Of a stretch of 64,000 bases of DNA, positions 28,197 through 39,733 are shown in pieces. This DNA comes from Dehalococcoidia bacterium (GTDB lineage Bacteria > Chloroflexota > Dehalococcoidia > Lucifugimonadales > JAGWBF01): the NCBI GenBank assembly GCA_965224415.1, contig CBDCZB010000003.1, positions 380,807 to 444,806 on the forward strand, read 5' to 3'. The translations under genes were made by a program, and so were the position numbers. The notes under the pieces are model-generated. The model was not told where the DNA came from, made no database searches, and saw only the letters and a list, made by a program, of their open reading frames with translations. Each line of letters opens with the position of its first letter. Position 1 is the first letter of the stretch.

Positions 28197-30533
28197 TCAT
28201 TCCTCCTCCGGTTCCACCCTCAGGTCGGGAAGCCAATTCAACCAAGACGGCAGGTACCAGTTTCGCCTGCCCAGCACTTCCATGCTGGCGGGCACCAGGA
28301 CCGAGCGAACCAGCGTGGCGTCGAGCAAGACGGCCACTGCCAGCCCGAATCCGACTTGCTGGTTGATGATGGTGTCGCCTGAGGCGAAAGCGCCGAACAC
28401 TGCGACCATTATGAGGGCCGCCCCGGTGATAATCCCAGCGGTCGACCGCAGCCCGTAGGCCACCGCCTCGGCGTTGTTCCCGGTCTGGTCATAGCGTTCC
28501 CGGATGCGGCTCAGAAGGAACACGTGGTAGTCCATGGACAGCCCGAAGAGAATAGAGAACAGGAACAGGGGTATCCAGACGTCTATGACTTCGGCTTGTT
28601 GAAACCCCAGGAGGTCCGCTGCCACCCCTTTCTGGAACACCAGGACTATCAACCCATACGCCGTTCCGACGGAGAGAAGGTTCATGATGACGGCTTTGAT
28701 GGGTATGACTATAGACCTGAAGACCAGCATCAATATCAGGAAGCTGCATCCAAGCACGAATGCGAACACAATCGGCGTATACACCCGCACTATGGAAAAT
28801 GTGTCCGCGGCCTCCGCGGTCACACCTCCGACCAGGACTTCCGCGTCGACCCCGTCGAAAGCGTCAGGGACGTACCTGTCTCGGATCGTGGACACCACGT
28901 CCACCGTATCCCGGCTGCGGGACTCTCCTGGGATAAATACCGTTAGGTTGGCTAAGTCCCCGGAGTCGTTGACGTCTGGGATGGGGAAGACCTGCACTCC
29001 CGGGTGGGCTGCCAGGGAAGCTTGCAGCTTTCCTATCCACTCCTGTACGCCGGGGCTGTCGATGTCTCCATCTATGACGATGTCGGTGGGGTAGACCAGC
29101 CCAAAGGAGAACTCCTCTTCAATGACGAAGAAGGCTTCCCTCGTTTGAGCGCCTTCCGGGAACACATCGACCCCGTTAAGCCCGGTGTTGATTCCTGGCC
29201 ACTGGAAGTAGAAGAGGGTGACGGCTATCATGGGCGCCCCGACCGCGATGATGCTGATGACGGGGTAACGCATGACGATTCTGGTTACCAACTCCCAGAA
29301 CCCCTGCCCGGAGCCGTCGCTGGACCGGGAGGGTTGGGTCGCTTTCCTTCCGAAGAAGGGGACCGGCAATCGATTCAACCTGTCGCCGTGAACCGCAAGG
29401 TTGGCCGGCAGGAAGGTGAAGGTGGCCGCCAAGGCGACCAGCACAACCAGTATCGCCCCGAGGCCAAGGGACTGGAAGAAGGAGAAGGGCACTATCAGCA
29501 TCCCACAGAGGGCGATGATCACCGTCACTCCGCTGAACAGCACCGTGCGGCCCGCTGTCGCGCCTGCGCGTTCTATAGCCTCGTACTTGTCCAGGCCGCG
29601 CGCCATTTCGTCCCTGAATCGGGAGATGATGAGTATGGAATAGTCTATGCCCACCGCTAGGCCAATCATGATGATCATCAGCGTGACGAAGAAGACCAGG
29701 TCCAGGACCTGGCCAATTAACGCCGTTATGCCAAGGGCGACTATGATGGCGACGAGGGACAAGCCTATAGGCATGAGCACGGCGACGAGGGTCCCGAAGA
29801 GCACAACGAGGATGACGAGGGCAATCGGGATGCCTATCCTCTCTCCCTGGCGCAGGTCATTTTCCGCCAGCTCGTTTTGCTCGTGGGAGATGCTGGCGTC
29901 CCCTACCGTGAGCACACGGAAACCGTCTGCGCCATTCGCTTTCTCTACGACCTCCACGACATGCTGGACGTTTTTCACTGCGTCTTCGTAGTCGCCGGTC
30001 ATGATGAAAGGCATAATCGTAGTCTTGTGGTCGGCGGACACGAGGTTCTCGTCCTGGGGACTAGACAGGTAGTAGTTCGGCACAGGGGTTACGATGTCGT
30101 CTCCCAGAGAAGCTATCTCGTGGTGGACCGCTTCGACTTTCGCTCGGAACTCCGGGTCATCCACGGCCAGGGACTCCGACTGGACGATGACTATTTCGGT
30201 TAACGGAGTGGTGCGACCGCCTTTTTCTTCCAGCAGACGTTCTGAGCGGGAGGACTCTGCGCCTCCGCTGAGCTTGAGCTCGGTGGTGGTGGCCGGCTTG
30301 AGGATGTCGGTTAATTGGGGGCCGGGCCCCAGTTCGCTGTCAACAGCGAACCCGCCGGCGATGATTCCCACTATGGCCCAAACGGCGAGAACCGTTTTCG
30401 GCCTTCGGGCGCATACACGGGCCAGGAATTCGGTGGATAGGAACTTCAACGCTGGACCTTTATCCTCGGTGGCCCTCCGAGCGGAGGCCTCATATTTTGA
30501 GCTCTTATAGGAATTGCTGCCTTCTTCAAGCAA
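28197..30533 (-). CDS. MMPL family transporter
   Basis: GLAVGIDYS, FGLSMDYHVFLLSRIRE, DATLVRSVLVPA; true start may be downstream. Confidence 0.95.
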   Translation of the reverse strand: MLEEGSNSYKSSKYEASARRATEDKGPALKFLSTEFLARVCARRPKTVLAVWAIVGIIAGGFAVDSELGPGPQLTDILKPATTTELKLSGGAESSRSERLLEEKGGRTTPLTEIVIVQSESLAVDDPEFRAKVEAVHHEIASLGDDIVTPVPNYYLSSPQDENLVSADHKTTIMPFIMTGDYEDAVKNVQHVVEVVEKANGADGFRVLTVGDASISHEQNELAENDLRQGERIGIPIALVILVVLFGTLVAVLMPIGLSLVAIIVALGITALIGQVLDLVFFVTLMIIMIGLAVGIDYSILIISRFRDEMARGLDKYEAIERAGATAGRTVLFSGVTVIIALCGMLIVPFSFFQSLGLGAILVVLVALAATFTFLPANLAVHGDRLNRLPVPFFGRKATQPSRSSDGSGQGFWELVTRIVMRYPVISIIAVGAPMIAVTLFYFQWPGINTGLNGVDVFPEGAQTREAFFVIEEEFSFGLVYPTDIVIDGDIDSPGVQEWIGKLQASLAAHPGVQVFPIPDVNDSGDLANLTVFIPGESRSRDTVDVVSTIRDRYVPDAFDGVDAEVLVGGVTAEAADTFSIVRVYTPIVFAFVLGCSFLILMLVFRSIVIPIKAVIMNLLSVGTAYGLIVLVFQKGVAADLLGFQQAEVIDVWIPLFLFSILFGLSMDYHVFLLSRIRERYDQTGNNAEAVAYGLRSTAGIITGAALIMVAVFGAFASGDTIINQQVGFGLAVAVLLDATLVRSVLVPASMEVLGRRNWYLPSWLNWLPDLRVEPEEE

Positions 30534-31199
30534 CCGTTCCTAACTATATTGGCGGGATAACCGCCGTTCAAGACATAGCAGCACGAGCTAGGCGTGATGC
30601 TGACAGGGGATGTGGCGACGTACAGGTCTTGGGAGTGAAGAATGGTGTTTCGCCGTGGTGGGCCTAAGGGTACTGTAGACAGTACAACCTTTGAGTTGTG
30701 GCTGGACCTGTAAGCTTCCAAAGTCGGCGCACCAAGCCTCATAGGATAATCGTAGCAGCTGGCGGCAACACCACGTCTATGCGATCACTTCTATGTCTCA
30801 AGAAGTCGACAAACATATACAGCACAGTCTTGGCGGGCAGCATCGCAAGAAGCGTCAACGGGGGGTCCGGGAAACCTTGGCAACGGGTCTCGGGGTCGTT
30901 CCGGTAATGGGTCGCTTTGCGGGGGTGGTTGCAGGCTCCACTGGGGTTTCAGGCGCCGTCTACACTATGGGAGCAGATGTGGGGCCGCTCACACAAGCTC
31001 CTATTCCGGCCGGCAAGAATGGTAGCCATAGTCAGTGCGCGATTTTCAATTCATACCTTTTCGGAGCCCTCTGGTTGGTTCCGTTTGATTTCAGACGTTA
31101 CGCTTACTCTATTGCTGCTCACCTGCCGTATATCGCCTACTGATTGCGCATATCTCATCATAGTAACAGTATATAAAGGGACTTATATACTTGCAACCA

Positions 31200-31457
31200 C
31201 TAATCGCCTGCTCGGAATACCAGAGTCGCGGCTTCCAAGTCCACGTTAGAGGTTTTCCAACCTGCCAAGGTCCAAGCTGTTGATGCTCGTCTGGATTGGC
31301 GTAGGTTAGACCACCACAATGGCCAAGTACGTGCAGAAAGCGGGAGAGCCGCTCCTATCACCGTCTCTATGTCTTCGAATGAGGCGCACCAAGACGTTTG
31401 CCCTTCTTGTCGCCTCTTGACTAGATAGTCGTACAACGGCCTGTATTTACCTGTCAT
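31200..31457 (-). CDS. Small conserved protein (DUF7662-like)
   Basis: KYRPLYDYL..SFEDIE.VIG..LP.SA..WWSN..AW..AGW. Confidence 0.65.
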   Translation of the reverse strand: MTGKYRPLYDYLVKRRQEGQTSWCASFEDIETVIGAALPLSARTWPLWWSNLRQSRRASTAWTLAGWKTSNVDLEAATLVFRAGD

Positions 31458-31467
31458 GCGTTCTCGC

Positions 31468-32179
31468 CTAAAGGCGTTCTTTCTTCAAGTACAACCTGCA
31501 TATCAGGTTAGGTGGAATCCTAAACTTGGCCCCATGATTCCGTAGCCCAACGCTCCCAGGCTTGGCCTCTCTGCAATCAAAGTCCACGGCAATCGAGCCG
31601 CGCAAGACTTCATATACAAAGTCCGCCAGATGGAACGTCTCGAAAGCGTCTGCCTGAATGAACCGCACGGATTGCCCCTTGCGTTCGCCTTTCACCAAGA
31701 GCAACCGCCTGAGCTTCGCCCCAGCTGCCGTTATCAATTCCTCGTGCGACCGGTAAGGCACAGGGCCGTTCCCCTTTAGCCTACGCACCACCAGTTGCCC
31801 TCCACTGTCCTCGACCTTGAAACGGTCTGAGCGTCCTTTGATGGTATGCCGGAAACTCAGACGGCCCTGCTTGTCCTTCCAGCCGTACTTCCGCACCATG
31901 TATCGCATGATTGCATCAGGGCCGTCAGGTTCCTTGTGAAACAGCGTTACAAGGCCAGTTCTGTCCGTGTGCCACTTCAACTCCCAACCAACGGCGTCGG
32001 GAATGTCCATGCCCCCGGCGGTCAGCCCCAGCAGGTCTTCCAGGAACACCCCAGGGCCGCCGGAGCCGCCATAGTGGGAGTCAACGGGCATATCACATGC
32101 CAGCCTTGGTGAGAATTACGCCTCTGACACGCTCAAAGAGTTCCCCTTTTGTGCGGGGCGGGCCTGATGGGAGAGTCAC
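31468..32179 (-). pseudogene. MvaI/BcnI-family restriction endonuclease, frameshifted near the N-terminus
   Basis: GGPGVFLEDLLGL..PDAVGWELK..TLFHKEP..RNHGAKFRI; upstream part in another frame. Confidence 0.75.
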
Positions 32180-32735
32180 TGTATCAGCCTCCGTACGGCG
32201 GCTATACTTTCACGGGCCACCTTGCAGTAGTCCTCGGAGTTTTCAAGCCCTATCCAGTCTCTACGGGCCGTTTCAGCCGCTATAGCTGTACTCTCTGAAC
32301 CCATGAACGGGTCAAGCACGATACGGGCTGTGGTGGCCTCTATGCACCTCTGGGCCAACTCTACCGGGAACGGCGCCGGATGGGGATTGTCCCCTTCTTG
32401 GGGAATGTGCCACACGTCCCCTTGCGAGTTCGCCTGGGGAGCCAACACAAAATCAGGCTTGGCTATGAGGTAGATAACCTCATACGTGGGAAGGAAGTAT
32501 CCCTTGTTGAAGTTGATCCCCCTTTCCGTTGCCAAATGATTATCTGGCGGACAGGGAAGCGAGCAACTATGTCGGCTCGGTCCTGGAGTGAGCCGCCCTG
32601 GACGCGCCACTTGTGGTTGTAGAAGATTGCCCCATCTTCCCGAAGGACCCGCATCATGGCGGTCAGACAATTCCGTTGCCATTCCACATATTCGTCGTGG
32701 GGCATGGCATCATCGTGGTCGGAGTAGCTGGAGGC
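32176..32735 (-). pseudogene. N4/N6 DNA methyltransferase, 5'-truncated and frameshifted
   Basis: HPAPFPVEL, VLDPFMGS, FPVRQIIIW split over two frames; no TSPPY region. Confidence 0.85.
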
Positions 32736-32801
32736 CCGTCCGGCGCCGGCGGCTGAGAATATTGTAGAATGCGGTGGATACATGGATATAAGGAGATTAG
32801 G

Positions 32802-33320
32802 ATGCCAAGAGCAGCTCTATCCTTGGGAGGCGCCGCAGGACAGGCGGCAGTCAATGGCCAGTGGAAATTCGCCCGGGGGTACGTGCCAGGGCAACTCAAC
32901 GAAGGCCTGTTGGAACAGGCGGAAGGCAGCCCGGCCCGACTGGTGGACTACGATGATTCCGGGTGGGAGGTATGCACCGACCTGGGACAGCGTATGTCCC
33001 ACGGGTTCAGTTTCATGTGGTACCGCATCAACGTCACCCTGCCCGAAACGGTGGAAGGGCACCCGGTCAATGGTGTGCGAGTGCAGTTTGAGACCTGCAT
33101 CGATGACTATGGGGAGGTTTGGGTGGACGGCGAATGCAACCGGGACCGGGGAGTCATCCAGGGTTTCAACGTGCCCCAAAGGGTACTGGTCACTGACAAT
33201 GCAGTTCCCGGCCGACAGCACACCATCGCTCTATTGGCGGTCAACGGTCCCTTGGGCTCCCCCGGCGGCACCGTTTTCGTGCGTTATGCCACCCTGGCTT
33301 TCGAGTGGACCGGGGCATAA
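32802..33320 (+). CDS. Stand-alone galactose-binding/GH2 sugar-binding-like domain protein
   Basis: YDDSGWE, WYRINVTLP, IDDYGEVWVDG; AAGGAG RBS. Confidence 0.7.
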   Translation: MPRAALSLGGAAGQAAVNGQWKFARGYVPGQLNEGLLEQAEGSPARLVDYDDSGWEVCTDLGQRMSHGFSFMWYRINVTLPETVEGHPVNGVRVQFETCIDDYGEVWVDGECNRDRGVIQGFNVPQRVLVTDNAVPGRQHTIALLAVNGPLGSPGGTVFVRYATLAFEWTGA

Positions 33321-33679
33321 CGGCAGCGGTCAAAACCAAGCGTTTTCACCCGCCAACCCCTGGCTTGGCACATGCTTCAAGAGGCCGCGACGCCCTAGTC
33401 GCAGAGTCGGCCGCAGGTCTACTCTCCGACTAGGGGATGTGCAGGCTCAACCTATCAATAGGCGAAGACGCCACAACAGGGTCCTGAGGGAGCTCACCAG
33501 ACCTCCCGTCTTCCCCTCTGTCCCACTTTTGCGGGTTGCCGGCACGTTAAAATCTAGACCGCACCGTCTGCCGTCTATTGTAGGCAATGTGTCGTCTCTA
33601 CCGACGTTGCTATGTAACTGTTCGGTCCCCGTGAGAAATGAATAGTCGCCCAAGTCCTCCAGATGAGCAATGACGAAGT

Positions 33680-33714
33680 CCCTTCCCCTTGTGGGGGAAG
33701 GTTAGGATGGGGGC
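33680..33714. repeat. REP-like palindrome CCCTTCCCC..GGGGAAGGTTAGGATGGGG
   Basis: Same architecture as the element at 5160-5193. Confidence 0.55.
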
Positions 33715-34462
33715 GTCCCCCTACTCTGAACAGTTACGCTGCTATTTCTTCATATAGTTCCTCGTTTGCGCCGTGTGATGATTCATATCCCGGAGTCCTA
33801 CCATTGATTTCAATATAGGCACGCTTGGCAACATATGTCCGACAATCCGTTAGCGGCCGAACGTGGTAAAGATCCAATCCAATCCCCGATTGGAGATGCA
33901 AGTTGCTTCGGGTTTTTGACGTACTGCTTGCTCTTGATGGTCGAACACCTGCCGTCTAAAAATGGCGGCGCGCTCGTCTTGGACACGGGTTGATACTGTG
34001 GGAGACGATGCCGTAATCGTCTGCCCGGAGCAGGGATGCTATACGTGGATTGGTACGATGGTCCGGTTGCATTGGCAGCTATGGAAATCGCCTATTCCCA
34101 AGGTGCATCTGTTTTCCTCAAACATAGAGTCACAATACGATAATAGTCCTATGCTGCGGGATTTGCTCCGATATGCCAGCCCATGGACGGACCAGGAGCT
34201 TTGGGAGACCCGGTTGATATTGCCCGCTCGTCGATCGGTCAGGGTGTGGGTGCCGCATTGGTGACTTTGGGAGCGGACGGCTGCTCTTGTGAACCGGATG
34301 CGCCTAACTTTTCTTCACCCAAAAAGCACAATAGCGCATCGGTTTGGGGTCGCTGAAATACAGCAATCCCCCTAAGTCATCGCCCCAACCGCCTCTACGA
34401 GCGCGCAGCCGGAGTCCTTCAATATTTTCAACAAGATATCCTCGTCGTACAGTTGAAACGAT

Positions 34463-34887
34463 TGAGGTGGACGCGGCTTTTCGGACAACTGTTTAAGTGA
34501 AAGTTCTGCTCCAAAACTAATGACCGGGGTGGGTGTCGAAGAAGAGAGGAGCGGGACGTGTCAAAAGACCGGAGAAAGCACAGCGCATCATTCAAGGCGA
34601 AGGCGGCCCTGTAAGCGATCAAGGGCGAGGAAACGGTGGCCCAATTGGCCGCCCGGCACGAAGTCCATCCCGGTCAAATCCGGATGTGGGGAAAGACCCT
34701 GCTGGAAGGAGCGGCCGGTGTCTTCGGCGGAGACCGCGACAAACGCCAAAAGGCCGATGAGGCCCTTGTTGCCCCGCTCTACCAGCAAATCGGCCGACTC
34801 GAAGTGGAACGGGATTTCTTGTGCGAGAGAGGGCCAGCCCATAAGCCGGAAGTGGCGTCGGGAGGTGGTGGGCCGGAGTGTACCGAA
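34463..34887 (+). mobile_element. Degenerate IS3-family left end and orfA, truncated by IS1182
   Basis: TGAGGTGGAC IR; orfA homologous to 38895-39179 with an internal TAA. Confidence 0.8.
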
Positions 34888-36543
34888 CTGAGCCTGTCTC
34901 AGAAGGGGATTTGTAGACAGGTTCACTCTGACACGAGGGTCAGATCCAGGCGATGAAATGGTGAGGGGTCGCCGTCAATTGCCTCAGTTCACGAGACAGG
35001 ACAAGGCTTCGGACCGTGAAACGGATTGCTCAAGGCTCGGGAGGAGCTCCACTCCCACCACAGGGTGCGCAGGTTGAAAGCGGTGGCCAACATGATCCAC
35101 TCGGCCGCCACGTTGGTGAGGCCGCGCAGCAGGAACCTCCGTGCGCCCTGTTGCTCCTTGATGATGCCGAAGACCGGCTCGCACAGATGCTTTCTCAGCC
35201 GGTAAGCCTCTTTGGCGACGGAGGTAGACATCCAGGCACGATGACGGCGCAGCGCTGCGTCGTGCGGCCCTATGGCCAGGCTTCGCCCGATCTCCCTGGC
35301 CTTGGTACAGGCTCTGAAGGCCGGGCATGCCTGACAGACGGCGCCGGAAGCCCGGTACAGTCGCAACGGGACTCCGTTCGCATGCTGTATGCGGACGAAC
35401 TTGAGCGTCTGTCCCTGCGGACACGTAAAGCTGTCGCTGTGCTCGTCATAGGTGAATTGGTCCTTGTGATACGGGTCTTTGAGGAACCGTTGCCGTGCCT
35501 CTGACACCACCACCTGCTGGCCTCGACGGTCACACTCCGCCAGGTGACTGGCGGAGAAGTATCCGGCGTCGGCCAACGTCATCTGCGACTTCGTCCCGGT
35601 CGTCTCTTCGGACTGCTCCACCATCGGCGCCAACAGGGAGTTGTCATTGGCCTGATCCACCACGTCCACGGCGGTGACCAACATGCCGGAAGTCCCCTCT
35701 TCTGTCTTTGTGGCCGAGACCATAGCCTGGGCGTTGTAGCCAGCCACGATGCCCTGCCGTCCCTTCATCAGCCGGGCCTCCGGGTCGGTCAGGTTGATGC
35801 GCTTGTGGCGCTTTTGACTCCCAAGGTCGGCCATCGCCTGCTTCACCTGCTCTCTCAAGACCTCCTTGTCGGCCAACTTCTCAGGCAGATTGACGGCAGA
35901 GGCATCCTCTCCCGCTTCGTTCTGTGCCTCGAGATCGGCTATCGTTCTCTCCAACCGATCCAACAGCCCTCTCAGTCCCTCAGCATCGTAGCTCCTGTTC
36001 ACTGAGGCGTTGGCGACCACCTTCGTACCATCCACCGCCTGGACCGCCAGATCCACCAACTCCTTGGCCACCGCCGTGCGCACCGTCCGCTCGAACAGCT
36101 TCCTCATAGCCTGTCGATGCCCTTTGTAGAACCTCCACAGGGTGTTGTGGTCCGGATGCTGCCACCCGGTCAGCCACAGGTACGGTATCTGATCCCGGCA
36201 GGCCGCCTCCAGCTTCCGGCACGAGCGCACACCGGTCATGAAGCCGTACAGCCACACACTCAACAGTGCACGGGGGTGGTCCGCCGGCGCTCCCAGCACG
36301 TCACCGTCTATGTCTACGCCAAGTTCAGCCCAGCCACCTCGATCCAGAGCACCGACAAACTCGCCTACGAACCGTGCGGGATGATTCAATGGCAGCAGTT
36401 CGTCAAGTGTCGGCGGCAGCATCCACATCTGCTCTCGGCCCATATCTCGAAGCGGCATATCGGCATCTCCCCAACTGATGTCGCTTCGAATGTACACCCG
36501 ACGACATACCCGTTGCCAGATCAGACTTCTGAGACAGGCTCAG
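34888..36543 (-). mobile_element. IS1182-family insertion sequence
   Basis: Perfect inverted repeat CTGAGCCTGTCTCAGAAG / CTTCTGAGACAGGCTCAG. Confidence 0.9.
34989..36458 (-). CDS. IS1182-family transposase
   Basis: SCRKLE, PDHNTLWRF, VDGTK, TDPEAR, GYNAQ, LADAGY, EPVFG. Confidence 0.93.
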   Translation of the reverse strand: MPLRDMGREQMWMLPPTLDELLPLNHPARFVGEFVGALDRGGWAELGVDIDGDVLGAPADHPRALLSVWLYGFMTGVRSCRKLEAACRDQIPYLWLTGWQHPDHNTLWRFYKGHRQAMRKLFERTVRTAVAKELVDLAVQAVDGTKVVANASVNRSYDAEGLRGLLDRLERTIADLEAQNEAGEDASAVNLPEKLADKEVLREQVKQAMADLGSQKRHKRINLTDPEARLMKGRQGIVAGYNAQAMVSATKTEEGTSGMLVTAVDVVDQANDNSLLAPMVEQSEETTGTKSQMTLADAGYFSASHLAECDRRGQQVVVSEARQRFLKDPYHKDQFTYDEHSDSFTCPQGQTLKFVRIQHANGVPLRLYRASGAVCQACPAFRACTKAREIGRSLAIGPHDAALRRHRAWMSTSVAKEAYRLRKHLCEPVFGIIKEQQGARRFLLRGLTNVAAEWIMLATAFNLRTLWWEWSSSRALSNPFHGPKPCPVS

Positions 36544-36569
36544 CTGCGAACTTTGTATCTTTGGCTATA

Positions 36570-37694
<1,125 letters not shown>

Positions 37695-37998
37695 CTTTCA
37701 AGACGGTTGCTTTTCGCTGGGAAGTTCCCCTATAACGGACAAGATGGGAGATTTGGGAGGGACACGCAAGTCTCCCAACCTTAAGGGTTTGAAGCTACTG
37801 CTTTCCAGTCATAGGCTTCGGTTCAGGTCCGCTCCAGTGCACGAGAAGGCAACACCAATTATCGATGCAACGCCCCTGCTAAGACAAGAAGCGCCGCAAC
37901 GGTCCATACGGTATTTCCCTGAAAACGGAAGCCTACAAGTTAGGTGGACCCGGTCAGTTGGACAGGATATAGGTGGAATTAAGCGAGAGTCCCGCTGC

Positions 37999-38898
37999 TC
38001 ATGCCAATGATACCAACACCCGTTCCGGTGGATCTCCCGTCACCTTTGAACTATCCCCCGTGGCATTCCTGGCATCGTGGAACACCTCGGCCGGGGTCCG
38101 GTAGCCCAAGGCCTGATGGGGCCTCTGGTCGTTGTAGAAACGGAGGTAGGCGCCCAGTTCCCTCCTGGCTTCACTAGCGTTGGCGTAGGCTTTCAGGTAC
38201 ACCTCCTCGTACTTCACCGTGCGCCACAGCCGCTCCACGAAGATGTTGTCGGCGTAGCGCCCCTTCCCGTCCATGCTGATCTTGACCCCATGGTCCTGCA
38301 GCGCCTGGGTGAATTCCAGGCTGGTGAATTGACTCCCCTGGTCGGTGTTGAAGACCTCCGGCTGGCCTTGCCCCAGCGCCTCCTTCAAGGCGTCGACGCA
38401 GAAGTCGGCCTCCAAGGTGTTGGACAATCGCCAAGCCACCACGCACCGGCTGTGCCAGTCCATGATGGCCACTAAGTAGAGGAATCCCCGGGCCATGGGC
38501 AGGTAGGTGATGTCGGCGGCCCACGCCTGGTTGGGCCGGGTAACCCTGGCGTTCCTCAATAGGTAGGGATAGACTCGATGCTCCGGCGCCGGCCGGCTGG
38601 CGCGTGGACTCCGGTAGATGGCCCGCAGCCCCATGATGCGCATCAGCCGCCGCACCCGCTTCCGGCTCACGCACCTGCCCTCCCGGGCCAGCCAGACCTT
38701 CATGCGCCTCGACCCGTAGAAGGGTGTATCCAGGCACTGCCTGTCCATGGCTTGCATCAAGGCCAGGTTCTCGCCGGAGGCTTCCCTGGGTCGATAATAC
38801 AGGCTGGAACGGGCCACTCCCAGCAGGGCGCACTGCCGCGCTGTCGACAACGATGTGCGCTCCCGATCCACCATCCCTCGCCGCTGGGCCAGGCTCAT
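37999..38898 (-). CDS. IS3 transposase OrfB (DDE)
   Basis: WAADITY, NTDQGSQF, DNIFVERLWRTVKYE. Confidence 0.93.
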   Translation of the reverse strand: MSLAQRRGMVDRERTSLSTARQCALLGVARSSLYYRPREASGENLALMQAMDRQCLDTPFYGSRRMKVWLAREGRCVSRKRVRRLMRIMGLRAIYRSPRASRPAPEHRVYPYLLRNARVTRPNQAWAADITYLPMARGFLYLVAIMDWHSRCVVAWRLSNTLEADFCVDALKEALGQGQPEVFNTDQGSQFTSLEFTQALQDHGVKISMDGKGRYADNIFVERLWRTVKYEEVYLKAYANASEARRELGAYLRFYNDQRPHQALGYRTPAEVFHDARNATGDSSKVTGDPPERVLVSLA

Positions 38899-39179
38899 GG
38901 ACCGGACCTCTCCGACAAGAAATCCCGCTCCACCTTCAGCTGTCCGATTTCCTGGTACAGCCGGGCGATCAGGGCGGCATCGCTACTGGCCTTCTGCTCT
39001 TGCCCGTTGCTGAACACGCCGGCGGCACCCGAGGTGAGCGCTTTCTTCCAAGCCTGAATCTGGCTGGGGTGGACCTGGCGCCTGGCCGCCAGTTGGGCCA
39101 CCGTGTCCTCCCCCTTCACCGCCTCCAGGGCCACCTTGTCCTTGAGAGCCGGGTTGTGCTTTCTCCGTTGTTTCGACAT
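38895..39179 (-). CDS. IS3 transposase OrfA
   Basis: KVALEAVKG..QVHPSQI HTH; ATGA overlap with orfB. Confidence 0.9.
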   Translation of the reverse strand: MSKQRRKHNPALKDKVALEAVKGEDTVAQLAARRQVHPSQIQAWKKALTSGAAGVFSNGQEQKASSDAALIARLYQEIGQLKVERDFLSERSGP

Positions 39180-39733
39180 TTCCCACTCCTCTTTGACAGC
39201 AACCGCTGCCCTCAGTTTAGGAGCAGGACTCTCGCTTAGCTGCCTGTCCAGTTTCCTGGGTCCACCTCACGGGGCACCCACGACGTAACGCACCCCACCA
39301 TCCTGTAGGGGGCTTCGCCCTCGTCTCCCGACCTTCCGACCCAGCCTTAGGACCACTCGCTCCCATGCAACTCCGACGTGGCCGGACTCTGGCCCCACAG
39401 CCCGACGTTCCGCCTTGTACTTTTACAACTTCGCCGGAACCAGCCCATTCATAAATTGCTCGCAGAAACGGCTCCGACTTCACTCCTTCTGCCCCTGTTT
39501 CAGGTTCAAAACGGCCCCAGACTTGTATTTCTACAACTGCCGCAAATCCCTGTACACGGGTACGACACCCAATTCGGCCTCCGAAGCCACTCCGGACGGC
39601 CTCAGACGGGGACTCGACACCCCCGGATAATTGCTTGATGCAATGTAGTTGCCTCGGCCCACGCCACGGCTCCCGCTGGGAGCTTTGGCTCCAAATCTGT
39701 GGAACCAGACCTTTCACCAAGCCTTGAACGCCC

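Larger units (their letters stand above)
37940..39269 (-). mobile_element. IS3-family insertion sequence (orfA/orfB)
   Basis: IRs TTAGGTGGACCC.. / ..GGGTCCACCTCA. Confidence 0.9.

Noticed and set aside
30560-31190. ORFs upstream of MMPL (and 8930-9600)
   Set aside because: Look like eroded Pro/Thr-rich lipoprotein fragments with stops; no supportable call
33700-34460. Possible CDS fragments
   Set aside because: Short ORFs without motifs or RBS; unassignable
36559-36566. Alternative IS110 left core at CT 36565-66
   Set aside because: The core at 36551-52 explains all four guides and the junction promoter; this one gives no good right-donor match
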